Source of the DNA: Candidatus Heimdallarchaeota archaeon
GTDB taxonomy: Archaea; Asgardarchaeota; Heimdallarchaeia; Hodarchaeales; Hodarchaeaceae
Assembly (NCBI GenBank): GCA_020353515.1
Contig: CP070695.1
Coordinates: 126,890-151,133 of the forward strand
Reading direction: 5' to 3'
Length of the DNA stretch: 24,244 bases
Positions 14,834-24,244 of the stretch are shown here, in pieces. The notes beneath the pieces are model-generated. The model was not told the origin of the DNA and searched no databases. It saw nothing but the letters and a program-made list of their open reading frames with translations. The number at the start of each line of letters is the position of its first letter. The stretch's first letter is position 1. Both the position numbers and the translations under genes were made by a program.

Positions 14834-16543
14834 TCATTGCCAATAGCTTGGGTCCGCTGCCGCAGCCGCTCGTTGGTTCAGGATATTTGTTTCTTTATCA
14901 TCAACTCTAACATCTATCAGTGTTATACATCCACTGTCACGAGCACGTTTTATTGCTCCAGAGATATCTTCGGGTCGAGTTACCAGTTCACCTTGAGCGC
15001 CAAGGCTTTCAGCAAATTTAACATAATCGATTTGTTTACTCAGTTCGGAACCAATCCGATGGCCCCAAGATAAGTCTTGGTTGTGAGCTATCATCCCCCA
15101 GGCTGAATCATTCTCAATAATAATAACAAGGGGAAGATCATATCGAACAGCAGTATCTATTTCAGCCCCGTTAAAGAGGAAACTTCCATCTCCAGTTAAA
15201 ATCATTATATTCCGATCAGGTTCCGCTAGTTTTGAACCAATTCCATGGGGTAATCCAGCCCCTAGATGCCCAGTTGGACCATGTGCCATGTATACTTGAC
15301 CAGGATAGCTCGATTTCAGCATCAATAACCCCCATACAGTAGTATCCCCTCCATCTAAGATCAACCTTGTATTCTTATCCAAAAACGGTTGGATCTCTTT
15401 TGTTAGGCGCTGTGGTTTTATGGGAATTCCATCAGAATCAGCTGGACCTATAAGCATTGATTCTAAATCTACACGGTTTTGTTTAACTAGTTTACTCCAC
15501 TCTTCATGCAAATTATTCTTAGTTGTTTCTTTCTGAAGAGCATATGTCAATTCTGTAAGAAAGGGTGATATCGAGGAAGTGATTCCGAGTTCAAAAGGAC
15601 GATTCTTACCTATCGCTTGAGAATCAGGATCAACCCAAATTACTTTAACATCTTTATTGTAAATGCTAGGATTGGTTCCAAATCCTTGCAGCTCTCCAAA
15701 AGTAACTCCTAAGACAAGTAGAACATCAGCGTCTTTTAGAAGGATATTCTGAACCGCATTTCCAATCGATAGAGGATGTAAACCTGGTACACACCCTATT
15801 CCTAGTTCATCGTGCACTACGGGAATTGATAGATATTCTGCGACCCGTAGCAGACTCTTAGAAGCATTTCCCCAATAAACACCACTTCCCGCTATAATTA
15901 TTGGCCTTTCTGCTGATAAAAGGAGTTGGGACGCTTTCTTAACTAGTAAAGGGTCTGGATATGTCTTCCCCTGTGCCCGATAAGCATTTGGTTTTCGATT
16001 GAAGAAAGAATCCTCATCATTAGGCATCCAATGAAGTGTTTGAATATCTTGAGGGATATCTAAATATACAGGCCCCATATTCTCTGATGTGGCAACTCGA
16101 AATGCCTCCTGAATGTATTCTGGAATCCTAGCGGTTTGATGTACCATTTTGGCATATTTTGTAACATGTGTTGCCAGAGGAATCTGATCAATTTCTTGAT
16201 TGGCATATTTATCAATATATTTCAGAGCTGCTCGACCTGCTAACGCAACAACAGGACTTCGGGCATAATACGCTGAAATTATCGCTGGAAGGAGATTTGA
16301 AAAACCTGGCCCCGCAGTAACTAAACAAACACCAGGAGTACGAGTTGCAATAGCGTACCCTTCCGCAGCATTTCCAGCAGCTTGTTCATGTCGGGTGGTG
16401 ATGATCTGAATGCCCTCTTCTTCGAGAGCTTTGTAAATTGGATTGATATGTCCTCCACAAATCGAGAAGACATAATGTACCCCTTCATGAGCTAAGCTTC
16501 TTGCAACCAATGATCCACCTGATAGTGATAGCCTACTAGACAT
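14834..16543 (-). CDS. Thiamine-diphosphate-dependent enzyme, acetolactate-synthase-like superfamily (ILVBL/HACL/benzaldehyde-lyase-like)
   Basis: FSICGGHINPI, TRHEQAA (catalytic Glu), VTAGPG, GPVYLDIPQD, GDGSFLFN...IENDSAWGMI ThDP motif; AGGTG SD. Confidence 0.9.
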   Translation of the reverse strand: MSSRLSLSGGSLVARSLAHEGVHYVFSICGGHINPIYKALEEEGIQIITTRHEQAAGNAAEGYAIATRTPGVCLVTAGPGFSNLLPAIISAYYARSPVVALAGRAALKYIDKYANQEIDQIPLATHVTKYAKMVHQTARIPEYIQEAFRVATSENMGPVYLDIPQDIQTLHWMPNDEDSFFNRKPNAYRAQGKTYPDPLLVKKASQLLLSAERPIIIAGSGVYWGNASKSLLRVAEYLSIPVVHDELGIGCVPGLHPLSIGNAVQNILLKDADVLLVLGVTFGELQGFGTNPSIYNKDVKVIWVDPDSQAIGKNRPFELGITSSISPFLTELTYALQKETTKNNLHEEWSKLVKQNRVDLESMLIGPADSDGIPIKPQRLTKEIQPFLDKNTRLILDGGDTTVWGLLMLKSSYPGQVYMAHGPTGHLGAGLPHGIGSKLAEPDRNIMILTGDGSFLFNGAEIDTAVRYDLPLVIIIENDSAWGMIAHNQDLSWGHRIGSELSKQIDYVKFAESLGAQGELVTRPEDISGAIKRARDSGCITLIDVRVDDKETNILNQRAAAAADPSYWQ

Positions 16544-16653
16544 TTTATGACACCTAAGAGATTTTTGCTAGGATTCCCTTTGTAATTCAAGATTTTCATA
16601 AATTGCACTAAAAGTTTTATCAACTTCGAATTCATTCATCTTTCTGATTTATA

Positions 16654-18480
16654 ATGACTAACGGTTACAACAATCGTCTAGCTCGAATCAATTTAAGTTC
16701 AAATCAAATAACTACTGAACCTCTTCCAGATATAGCAGAAACCTTTATTGGAGGAAAGGGACTGGGCGCATACATTCTGACTCGAGAGTTAGCAGCAAAA
16801 GTAGACCCTCTAAGTCCAGAGAATAAACTAATAATTGTAACTGGACCTCTTCAAGGCTCTATTGTGCCAATTTGTGGCCGATATGCAGTGGTAACAAAGT
16901 CTCCGCTTACTGGTCTTATCCTAGACTCTCATGCAGGAGGATCAATTGGTCCAGAATTAAAGTTCGCTGGATATGATGCTTTAATAATCGAAGGCGCTGC
17001 TAACGAACCATGTTATATCTCAATTCTTAATGATCAGATTGAAATCAGGAATGGGGAGCATCTAAAGGGATTACCAACCCTGGAAAAAGAGATCCAGATT
17101 AAAAAGGATCTAGAAGATGAAGAGGTTAAAGTAATGTCAATTGGGGTCGCAGGAGAAAATATGGTTAAGATTGCTTGTATAACAAATGAAAGTTTTCGTA
17201 ATGTAGGTCGAGGCGGAGCAGGGGCGGTATTTGGGAGTAAGAAATTACTAGCTATTGCTATTAAGGGTACAGTGAAAGACATTCCTGTGGCAGATTCAGA
17301 GGCCTTGAATGAACTAGCCAGCCAGCTACGTAGTCGGGCAACACAAGGACGAACATCTGGCCTTAGAATTTATCGCATTGGAACACCAAACTTAGTTACA
17401 GTAGCTTCAAACAGAGATCAACTTCCTGTTCGTAACTTCCAAGAGGGAACAATTGAAAATCCAGCATTACTCGAAGAGGAAGCAATCAATCATTATACTA
17501 CGAAAAAGAAACCCTGTTACAAATGTGTTATTTCATGTTCTCATATTCTTAATGATGATTTTTCATATGCAAAGGAGGGACATATAGTAGCGGTTCCTGA
17601 GTACGAAACGCTTGCATTGTTCGGCTCAAACTGTGGTGTAGATTTTGAAACTGTTATAGAAGCCAACTATTTAGCAAACATGCTTTCACTTGATACTATT
17701 TCTACTGGGAACGTTATTGCATGGTTCATGGAATGTTCTGAGAAAAATTTAGTGCCAAAAAAGTACAAATCAGACAAAATTTCCTTTGGTGACAGTAAGG
17801 GATTACTAAATCTAATTCATAAAATCGCAAATAAGCAAGGAGTGGGAGAAATTTTAGCTGAAGGAACAAAATATGCTAGTGAAATTTTTGGCCAAGAGAC
17901 AGAACAGTTTGCGATAAATGTTAAAGGTTTAGAAATGGCTGCCTGGGATCCACGTGGAAGATTAGCTCTTGGATTAAGTTATGCAACGGCTGCAGTTGGA
18001 GCATCCCATCTACGTGGGTGGCCTAATTCAACAAAAACACCTTTAGAAGAACCTATTACCTCTGAAATCGTAAAAAGTCTTGTTGAAGGACAAGATCTAA
18101 AAATTATTAAAGATTCGTTGATTATCTGTCATTTTACTCATTCAATAATTCCTGCAATGAACCTAGATGATGGACAAGCCCTCTATTCTGCTGTCACAGG
18201 TTCTCAAGCGGATGTGAGGGAAATTACCCAAAATATCTGGAGTTTAACACGATATTTTAATATGAGAGAGTTTGAGGAACAAGCAAGAAAGTATGATAAA
18301 CTCCCTTCCCGCTTACTTAATGAGCCATTGCCATCAGGAAGTGCTGAAGGATCAAAAGCTTTCCAATCTGATTTTGATTTTCAACATGGATTGTCTCTTC
18401 TATATCAAATGAGACGATGTCAAGAAAATGGTGACCTCACAATAGAGGAAACACAGAGAATAGAAGAACTTCTCAAATAA
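16654..18480 (+). CDS. aor: Tungsten-containing aldehyde:ferredoxin oxidoreductase family protein
   Basis: FIGGKGLG, DPLSPENKL, KSPLTG, ELKFAGYDALIIEG, GRGGAGAVFGSKKL, CYKCVISC plus IICHF 4Fe-4S ligands, PEYET, LDTISTG, DPRG, GASHL. Confidence 0.93.
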   Translation: MTNGYNNRLARINLSSNQITTEPLPDIAETFIGGKGLGAYILTRELAAKVDPLSPENKLIIVTGPLQGSIVPICGRYAVVTKSPLTGLILDSHAGGSIGPELKFAGYDALIIEGAANEPCYISILNDQIEIRNGEHLKGLPTLEKEIQIKKDLEDEEVKVMSIGVAGENMVKIACITNESFRNVGRGGAGAVFGSKKLLAIAIKGTVKDIPVADSEALNELASQLRSRATQGRTSGLRIYRIGTPNLVTVASNRDQLPVRNFQEGTIENPALLEEEAINHYTTKKKPCYKCVISCSHILNDDFSYAKEGHIVAVPEYETLALFGSNCGVDFETVIEANYLANMLSLDTISTGNVIAWFMECSEKNLVPKKYKSDKISFGDSKGLLNLIHKIANKQGVGEILAEGTKYASEIFGQETEQFAINVKGLEMAAWDPRGRLALGLSYATAAVGASHLRGWPNSTKTPLEEPITSEIVKSLVEGQDLKIIKDSLIICHFTHSIIPAMNLDDGQALYSAVTGSQADVREITQNIWSLTRYFNMREFEEQARKYDKLPSRLLNEPLPSGSAEGSKAFQSDFDFQHGLSLLYQMRRCQENGDLTIEETQRIEELLK

Positions 18481-18495
18481 CTAATTTTGGCTATT

Positions 18496-19671
18496 TTAAG
18501 TGATAATTGAAAAGAAATTAATGATCCATGGACGGATCTCCTCAATGAATTTTGCAGTCACAGGTCCCTCTTTTGTTTTAAATTCAGTACTAATGGAACA
18601 AAGAAAAAGCTTGATGGAATCAAATTCCAGTCTATCAATAATAATAAAGGTTCCGCCAATTTCACTTAAAATTACTAGCTTTTCATGCTTTTTATCGCTT
18701 TCATAAACCTCTTTACGTATCGCTTCCATGATTTCTAGAAAGTAATTATCTCTTTGATCCGCAGCTAATTGTGTAGTCCACTCTGCAGCGATAAAACATC
18801 TCTCAGTTAAGAGAAAGCTCGCTGAAAACCCATGTGCCTCTGAATAAAATGCTAGAGAATCAGAGAGAATATTACTTAAGGGAGAAACATCCGCAAAAAC
18901 TCGTGAAAATAACTTGACTAATTCCTCAACATTAAAGATACTGGTTCTTAATGTTCTAAAGGTATAGTTATATTTGGTCAAAATTGGTGTGATTTCATTG
19001 AGAATGACCTCAATTGACTTATTAAGCTCGTTTTTGTCAAGGATCGGATCAAATTTATGGAGTACTAGGTATACTTTGGGTTTTTCCTTTAAATATTTGA
19101 ATTTGATCAACAAACTATTGAGGTACTGCGCAGCTTCAATTGCACGCTCCTCTCGTTGTGTATCTAATACGAAGATTAGTAACATCGTTTTTGATAGGAA
19201 TTGCTTCGGATCATCCAAATAAAGTCTGTGAAAGCTCGGTTGACCTCCAAGATCCCAGATGGCAATTCTCAATCCGATAAAATCGAGATGCTCTATTGTA
19301 GCGCCCATCGTGGGAAAGTTGACTGGTGTTGTTTTCTGCGCCTGTAATGTCTTTATTAAAGAACTCTTCCCAACGGCACCCAACCCAGCTATGCAGACCC
19401 GATGTGATGAAATGGGTACTTCAGTACTAGTAGCATATCGATAGATGATAGATGCAGATAATGTCCATTTTTCTAACAGTTTTTGACTTATACCGATTTG
19501 ATCTGCCATTTTATGATCAAGTTTTGCCAAGTCAGATATTGTTTCCACTCTAGCTTTCCGTTTCAGTCTTGTCGAGTAGAATTTTCCAATACCAATAATA
19601 GATTGTGTTGTAAATCCAGCAATCTCTTCCCGATTGTACTCATTAACTGGTTTTTCAAGGTGCTTATCCAT
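18496..19671 (-). CDS. Small GTPase (Arf/Rag-like) with an N-terminal helix-hairpin-helix domain and a C-terminal roadblock/longin-like domain
   Basis: G1 GLGAVGKSS, G2 PTMG, G3 WDLGGQ, G4 HKFD, G5 TSI; N-terminal IIGIGKFYSTRLK...ETISDLA...IGISQKLLEKW. ATG 19671 preferred over TTG 19740. Confidence 0.88.
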   Translation of the reverse strand: MDKHLEKPVNEYNREEIAGFTTQSIIGIGKFYSTRLKRKARVETISDLAKLDHKMADQIGISQKLLEKWTLSASIIYRYATSTEVPISSHRVCIAGLGAVGKSSLIKTLQAQKTTPVNFPTMGATIEHLDFIGLRIAIWDLGGQPSFHRLYLDDPKQFLSKTMLLIFVLDTQREERAIEAAQYLNSLLIKFKYLKEKPKVYLVLHKFDPILDKNELNKSIEVILNEITPILTKYNYTFRTLRTSIFNVEELVKLFSRVFADVSPLSNILSDSLAFYSEAHGFSASFLLTERCFIAAEWTTQLAADQRDNYFLEIMEAIRKEVYESDKKHEKLVILSEIGGTFIIIDRLEFDSIKLFLCSISTEFKTKEGPVTAKFIEEIRPWIINFFSIIT

Positions 19672-19982
19672 TATTAGACTCACGATTCGATCTGGAAATT
19701 TTTCATTGGCATTACTGGACAAAAAAAACCACCAATTCAATTCAACAAGGTAAAAAAATTACCTTTATGCTTCAAAGCTTAAAGGAATTTTTAATAAAAT
19801 ATTTATTCTCTCTAAGGAAAAAGTATTTTCTCTTTATTTTCTTTTTGACAAAAAATTAGATTAAACAAAAGGTTCATAAATAAGAATTAAGGATGCTTTG
19901 GAAATTTATATTGCTTCGTTATAGTGCCTTTTTACCTAAAGAATGCACACGAACAACAATTAATTCAAGGTGAAACAACAGA

Positions 19983-21209
19983 ATGAGCTCACGAACAGAA
20001 AGTTCTCAGAAACCATTTTATGTTTATTCCGTTGATTTGGCAAAAGGAATCGTTTTATTTTTCATGATTTTTGGCCACGCTTTGTTATGGTATGACCGAC
20101 CACGCGCTTATGCCTGGGATAAAGGAACAGAATTATTTTTGCTTTTCAGCAATACAGGAGAAAACACATTGGTGTTTTTTTGGTTAATTACAATTGCATT
20201 TATGGTGTTCCCCTGTTTTTTCTACGTTTATGGCTTTAACGCAGCAAACAGCCTCCTACGACAAGGCCCAGGGGCTGACCGAGCAAAGGTTAGGAGTCGT
20301 TCCCTCAGAAGAGCGATTGTTCTATTTATTGTTGGTTCCTTTGGTCAATCCATCATGGCTTTGATCGTCTCTCCAGGCGAGGTCATTAACTATATTCTAA
20401 CATGGAACTTTTTTCACCTATTTGGGTTTACATCGTTATCTTTCCTTGTAATCTTTGAAGTGGTTTGGTGGTTGGAAAAAAAAGGTTATGACGCCCAAAA
20501 ACTCCTCGTTTCTATATTAACAGGAGTACTTGCCGTATTACTTATCATTTTCATCATATTCCACGACTATTGGGATCCTGCAACGGCCCAACATATTGTC
20601 CTTTCAACAAAGTTAGATCTTATGGACATAATTAAGCATGCTTTGATTGATTATGGTACTACTCCCATTATCCCATGGTTCTCATTTGGTTTAATGGGAG
20701 GGATTGCTGCCACAGCATTAAACCTCACAGATCCAGAGAGTAGTCAAACAGCTAATCGAAAAGCAGCGATCCTATTAGTAGTAGGCGCTGTTTTTTACAT
20801 CATTGGGGGTTTCTTTTCTTTATTTATTGAAAGAAATATGTCCACCCCCGTTGAATACCCTGCATCAACAACTTTCATATTTTTCACTCTAGGAATCTTG
20901 ACAATTTTCATAACAAGCCTTCTAATAATATTTGATTTCGATCATATAACTTTAAATTTTCGTACTAAGTTGAAACAGTTACTCATGCCGCTTGTTATCT
21001 TTGGTCAACTTTCATTGACAATTTATTTTATCCATAATGTCATTTTTGGGATTCCAATTAAAATGATGTTTTTTTATCAGAACGATTTGCTATTTTTCAT
21101 CTTTATGATATTCTACTCGATCCTCTTTGTTATTATTGCGGTTGTTTGGCGTAAGAAATTGAAATTTAAATATACCGTTGAATGGGGTATCCGAAAGTTT
21201 ACCAGTTAA
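19983..21209 (+). CDS. Polytopic membrane protein, HGSNAT catalytic/DUF1624-like (putative membrane acyltransferase)
   Basis: VDLAKGIVLFFMIFGH, RSLRRAIVLF, FFHLFG, PIIPW, FGQLSLTIYFIH, TVEW motifs; about 10 hydrophobic segments; AGGTGA SD. Confidence 0.75.
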   Translation: MSSRTESSQKPFYVYSVDLAKGIVLFFMIFGHALLWYDRPRAYAWDKGTELFLLFSNTGENTLVFFWLITIAFMVFPCFFYVYGFNAANSLLRQGPGADRAKVRSRSLRRAIVLFIVGSFGQSIMALIVSPGEVINYILTWNFFHLFGFTSLSFLVIFEVVWWLEKKGYDAQKLLVSILTGVLAVLLIIFIIFHDYWDPATAQHIVLSTKLDLMDIIKHALIDYGTTPIIPWFSFGLMGGIAATALNLTDPESSQTANRKAAILLVVGAVFYIIGGFFSLFIERNMSTPVEYPASTTFIFFTLGILTIFITSLLIIFDFDHITLNFRTKLKQLLMPLVIFGQLSLTIYFIHNVIFGIPIKMMFFYQNDLLFFIFMIFYSILFVIIAVVWRKKLKFKYTVEWGIRKFTS

Positions 21210-21233
21210 GGCTACTCAAACTGAGGTGAACCG

Positions 21234-21380
21234 ATGAGTGATGAAAATCCTAAAGATGAAGGAAACAACAACGAAGACGATGATGACAAGAAAAAAAAAG
21301 AAGATGTAACTGCTAAATTGATTTATTCGTATCCCCTTGGCCCTAAATTTGGAAAAAGGACAAGACAGAAGAAAACTTAA
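21234..21380 (+). CDS. Small 48-aa hypothetical protein (acidic N-half, basic C-half)
   Basis: Strong GAGGTGA SD just upstream of the ATG. Translates as MSDENPKDEGNNNEDDDDKKKKEDVTAKLIYSYPLGPKFGKRTRQKKT*. Shorter than any ORF in the supplied track. Confidence 0.65.
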   Translation: MSDENPKDEGNNNEDDDDKKKKEDVTAKLIYSYPLGPKFGKRTRQKKT

Positions 21381-21536
21381 ACATCAAGAGGTATATTCTT
21401 GATACTCCTCTCTTAATTCTTTGATATAATTTCCAACTTTTTGGTTCCGCTAAGCTAAACTTCATTAACTGTCTAAAATTTTATCTCATTAACGTGCATT
21501 AAATCAGAAAAAACCACCACGCGGGTGTAATTTTAT

Positions 21537-22229
21537 ATGGAAGATATTATCGAAGTAACAAATCTTTACAAGACATTTGAAATCCCAAGAGGGGACGATA
21601 TTGAAGTTTTAAAGGGAATAACTCTGAAAGTTAAACCAGGAGAATTTGTTGCCATTATGGGACCTAGTGGGTCTGGAAAATCGACTCTTTTAAACATTCT
21701 ATCCAGTATTGAAGATATTACAATGGGAACAGTCCTCATCGATGGAGAAGACCTTTCTACAGTAAATCTTGTTGAAACGCGTAGGCATAAATCCTCCATT
21801 ATTTATCAAGATTTCAATCTACTTGATTATTTGACCGCTTTAGAGAATGTTATGTTCCCAATGATGTTAACAGGTATAAGCGAGAAGAAAGCTAAAGAGA
21901 AAGCTCAAGAATTACTCGAAAGAGTTCAGCTGGCACATCGGTCAGAGCATATTCCGGATGATTTGAGTGGTGGCGAAAAACAACGTGTGGCAATTGCCCG
22001 TGCACTAGCAAATGATCCAAAAATATTGTTAGCAGATGAACCAACTGGAAATCTTGATACTCAAACCGGAGATACGATTATAGAATTATTTCGAGAAATC
22101 ATCACGGAGAAAAAGATCACCGTAATCATTGTGACTCATGATATTCAAGTAGCAAAGCAAACTGATCGAATTCTCATTCTCCGAGAGGGAACCCTACATC
22201 GAGAAGATGAAATTCTGGAGGAGCTTTAA
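21537..22229 (+). CDS. ABC transporter ATP-binding protein, LolD/MacB/SalX family
   Basis: GPSGSGKST, LSGGEKQRVAIARALANDP, LLADEPTGNLD, VTHD. Confidence 0.95.
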   Translation: MEDIIEVTNLYKTFEIPRGDDIEVLKGITLKVKPGEFVAIMGPSGSGKSTLLNILSSIEDITMGTVLIDGEDLSTVNLVETRRHKSSIIYQDFNLLDYLTALENVMFPMMLTGISEKKAKEKAQELLERVQLAHRSEHIPDDLSGGEKQRVAIARALANDPKILLADEPTGNLDTQTGDTIIELFREIITEKKITVIIVTHDIQVAKQTDRILILREGTLHREDEILEEL

Positions 22230-22230
22230 A

Positions 22231-24244
22231 ATGAGCGATGAATCTACTACTGATACTCCAAAAGCAGGACGTTTCAGACCTCAAGATAGATTTTCTTACT
22301 TGTGGCACGCTATCCGTTCGTTAGGAAGGAATAAAAGGCGGTCATTATCGATGACTGCTGGATTAATCTTGGGAATATCGATCCTTTCTGGAATATCACT
22401 TTACTCCAACGTTTTAATGGCTAATGCATATGAGAGTATTATCGAAGGTTCACCTTATGAGATCAGGATGGACTTCAAAGACGTTTTAACCGATAATCAA
22501 CTGGAAAATTATAATGATTTATTCTTAGAACATCCTTGGGTTTCTGATTCCCAAATTCTATATGGTAATGCTCGGACAATAGTTCAGCAATCTGGTGGTT
22601 CTACAACTATCTATACACCCGCATATCTTGAAGCTGAAATTCGTGTTGAATATAGTAATGAAACTCATAGCGGTTCATATGGCCTACTGTACTCTGAAGA
22701 ATTATATTATAGCGAAATCGGGGCAAATATTAGAGAGAGGTTAATTACAGGATCAGACCCTAACATTTTTACTAATACAAGTCCCTATTATCATGGAGTT
22801 CTTATTAGCGAGGCATTAGCAGAGTCAGCCAAACTAAGTCAAGGAAACCGATTGAGCGAGCTAACACTTTCAGTAGCTATTGAAGATCCAAATGATCCAG
22901 GATATCCCTTTGTTGAGAGAAAAGAAGTAGCTAAGGTTACTCTAGCAAATATTACTATAGCTGGAATTATGACTGGAGAGGAGGGATCAGCAGGATTATT
23001 CTCAGAAGCTATCACTATCGAAGGATTTGTTGGGGGAGGAGGGGAGATTTATGTTCCAAAAGAACTTCTGGAGAAATTGAACAAAACCTCTTTCTTCGAA
23101 GACTTAAAGAAAAATGAAATGCGATATTGTGCCTTAAAAATTAATGAATATCATCCTGATTTTGATCTATCGAATCCATCAGGGGTATCGAGGAAGATAA
23201 ATCAACTCATAAATGAATTTGAAGCAGATGAGATGCTGATAGGGACAAATCTGGTTGAAGGAAAATTGTTACCTTTTCAAGTTATGAGTATCTTCATCTT
23301 CATCTTCGATGGCATTTTAACAATACCGGTGGCTATTCTATCTCTCTATCTTCTCTCTTTCGGTATAGATATCTCTTTACACGACAGGCGTTATCAAGTT
23401 GGTATTTTAAAGACTCAAGGTGCAAGTCCAAAGCAAATTAAGAGGAAAATCCTGTTTGAGGCACTCTTATTAGCCGCAATAGGGTTGGTAGTGGGCTACA
23501 TTGTCGCTGTTTTTGGAGCCTGGGTAATTGGAACTGCAACAGGTTTTATGAAGTGGAGTGATACTGCGATCGAAGAATTACCTGACTTCCTACGCTTGTT
23601 AATTAATATAGACCAAAATGCTCTTTTCGTTGTTGGAGGATTTATTGTTATCATCCTAATATTAATGGTTAATGGAAAAGCAAATACATTCATTTCTATG
23701 GAGATAACTGAAACTGTTCGACGAATTGATGAGACAAAAAGGGAAGGTTTCCTAAGAAGAAACAGTCTCGATATTATTTTCTTTGGGATAGGCTTCCTTG
23801 TCCTCATTCTAGTTTTTTTGCAAGAATATGGGGTAAACATACCAGATCTCGGGCCCATGGCCCTCTTTCTTGGGCTTTTAGGGCCACCCTTTTTCTGGAT
23901 TGGTGGCGCAGCAGTTGTAGCTCGACTAGCAGTTTGGCTCCCCTCAAAAACTGATCCAATAGTAAAAAGAATTGGTTTTTTAAAGGACGTATCAGTTTTG
24001 ATCAAAGGGAATATCTTTCGTAAATCAGGAGATATTCCCAGACTGGCTCTTATTATTTCTCTAACCGTTTCGTTTGCTGTTCTTGCTGCAGTACACGGTT
24101 CATCAGGAGAAGCTCATCAGGAGCGATTGATCACACATTCTATCGGTGCTGAAATAGCCATCACGACAACTCTGGATTTTACTACAACAATAATATCAAA
24201 TATCAAAAGTATTGATGATATTCAAGAAGTAATGGCCATTACTT
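22231..24244 (+). CDS. FtsX/MacB-like ABC permease, truncated by the window end
   Basis: ATG at 22231, 1 nt after the ATPase stop. RSLGRNKRRS followed by a TM helix, a large extracellular loop, the FtsX-type motif RRYQVGILKTQGASPKQI and further TM helices. Absent from the ORF track, consistent with no stop before the window end. Confidence 0.9.
   Translation, partial: MSDESTTDTPKAGRFRPQDRFSYLWHAIRSLGRNKRRSLSMTAGLILGISILSGISLYSNVLMANAYESIIEGSPYEIRMDFKDVLTDNQLENYNDLFLEHPWVSDSQILYGNARTIVQQSGGSTTIYTPAYLEAEIRVEYSNETHSGSYGLLYSEELYYSEIGANIRERLITGSDPNIFTNTSPYYHGVLISEALAESAKLSQGNRLSELTLSVAIEDPNDPGYPFVERKEVAKVTLANITIAGIMTGEEGSAGLFSEAITIEGFVGGGGEIYVPKELLEKLNKTSFFEDLKKNEMRYCALKINEYHPDFDLSNPSGVSRKINQLINEFEADEMLIGTNLVEGKLLPFQVMSIFIFIFDGILTIPVAILSLYLLSFGIDISLHDRRYQVGILKTQGASPKQIKRKILFEALLLAAIGLVVGYIVAVFGAWVIGTATGFMKWSDTAIEELPDFLRLLINIDQNALFVVGGFIVIILILMVNGKANTFISMEITETVRRIDETKREGFLRRNSLDIIFFGIGFLVLILVFLQEYGVNIPDLGPMALFLGLLGPPFFWIGGAAVVARLAVWLPSKTDPIVKRIGFLKDVSVLIKGNIFRKSGDIPRLALIISLTVSFAVLAAVHGSSGEAHQERLITHSIGAEIAITTTLDFTTTIISNIKSIDDIQEVMAIT

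Noticed and set aside
14834-16543. Calling the ThDP enzyme ilvB (biosynthetic acetolactate synthase)
   Set aside because: There is no regulatory subunit or other ilv gene nearby, and the motifs are closer to lyase-type members.
19747-19765. aaggtaa-N5-ttacctt inverted repeat
   Set aside because: A short 7-bp arm in AT-rich DNA with a single occurrence cannot be distinguished from chance.
23496-24005. 169-aa minus-strand ORF
   Set aside because: It is antisense to the FtsX-like permease, which has clear family motifs; it is a shadow ORF.
1-24244. CRISPR array, DGR, IS element, prophage, tRNA or rRNA
   Set aside because: I saw no regularly spaced repeats, reverse transcriptase, transposase, integrase, capsid genes or cloverleaf/rRNA-like GC-rich tracts by eye.

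Overview
AT-rich, gene-dense archaeal DNA, most likely from an Asgard archaeon (Heimdallarchaeia/Hodarchaeales-like). This assignment is inferred from a Rag/Arf-type small GTPase with a roadblock/longin-like tail, GF-TM-basic C-terminal sorting tails, a tungsten AOR, and BRE-TATA promoters with GGTG-type SD sites. From left to right: a partial CDS; a GNAT acetyltransferase; an MTH1675-like PK_C protein; an internally deleted relic of a beta-helix gene; a secreted NosD-like beta-helix protein; a small secreted protein; a divergent RHH/wHTH DNA-binding protein plus ParA/MinD ATPase behind a palindrome-rich intergenic region; a 1172-aa receptor-like membrane protein (14 WD40 repeats, DxDxDG Ca-binding repeats, TM helix, TPR-like tail) downstream of two tandem, circularly permuted, orphan family-5 solute-binding proteins; a three-gene catabolic operon (ThDP lyase-like enzyme, SDR, 3-hydroxyacyl-CoA dehydrogenase-like enzyme) divergent from an aldehyde:ferredoxin oxidoreductase; an HhH-fused small GTPase; an HGSNAT/DUF1624-like membrane protein; an unannotated 48-aa ORF; and a LolD/FtsX-type ABC exporter that runs off the end. 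I saw no rRNA, tRNA, CRISPR array, transposase or integrase. All family assignments come from motif recognition by eye, not from database searches.
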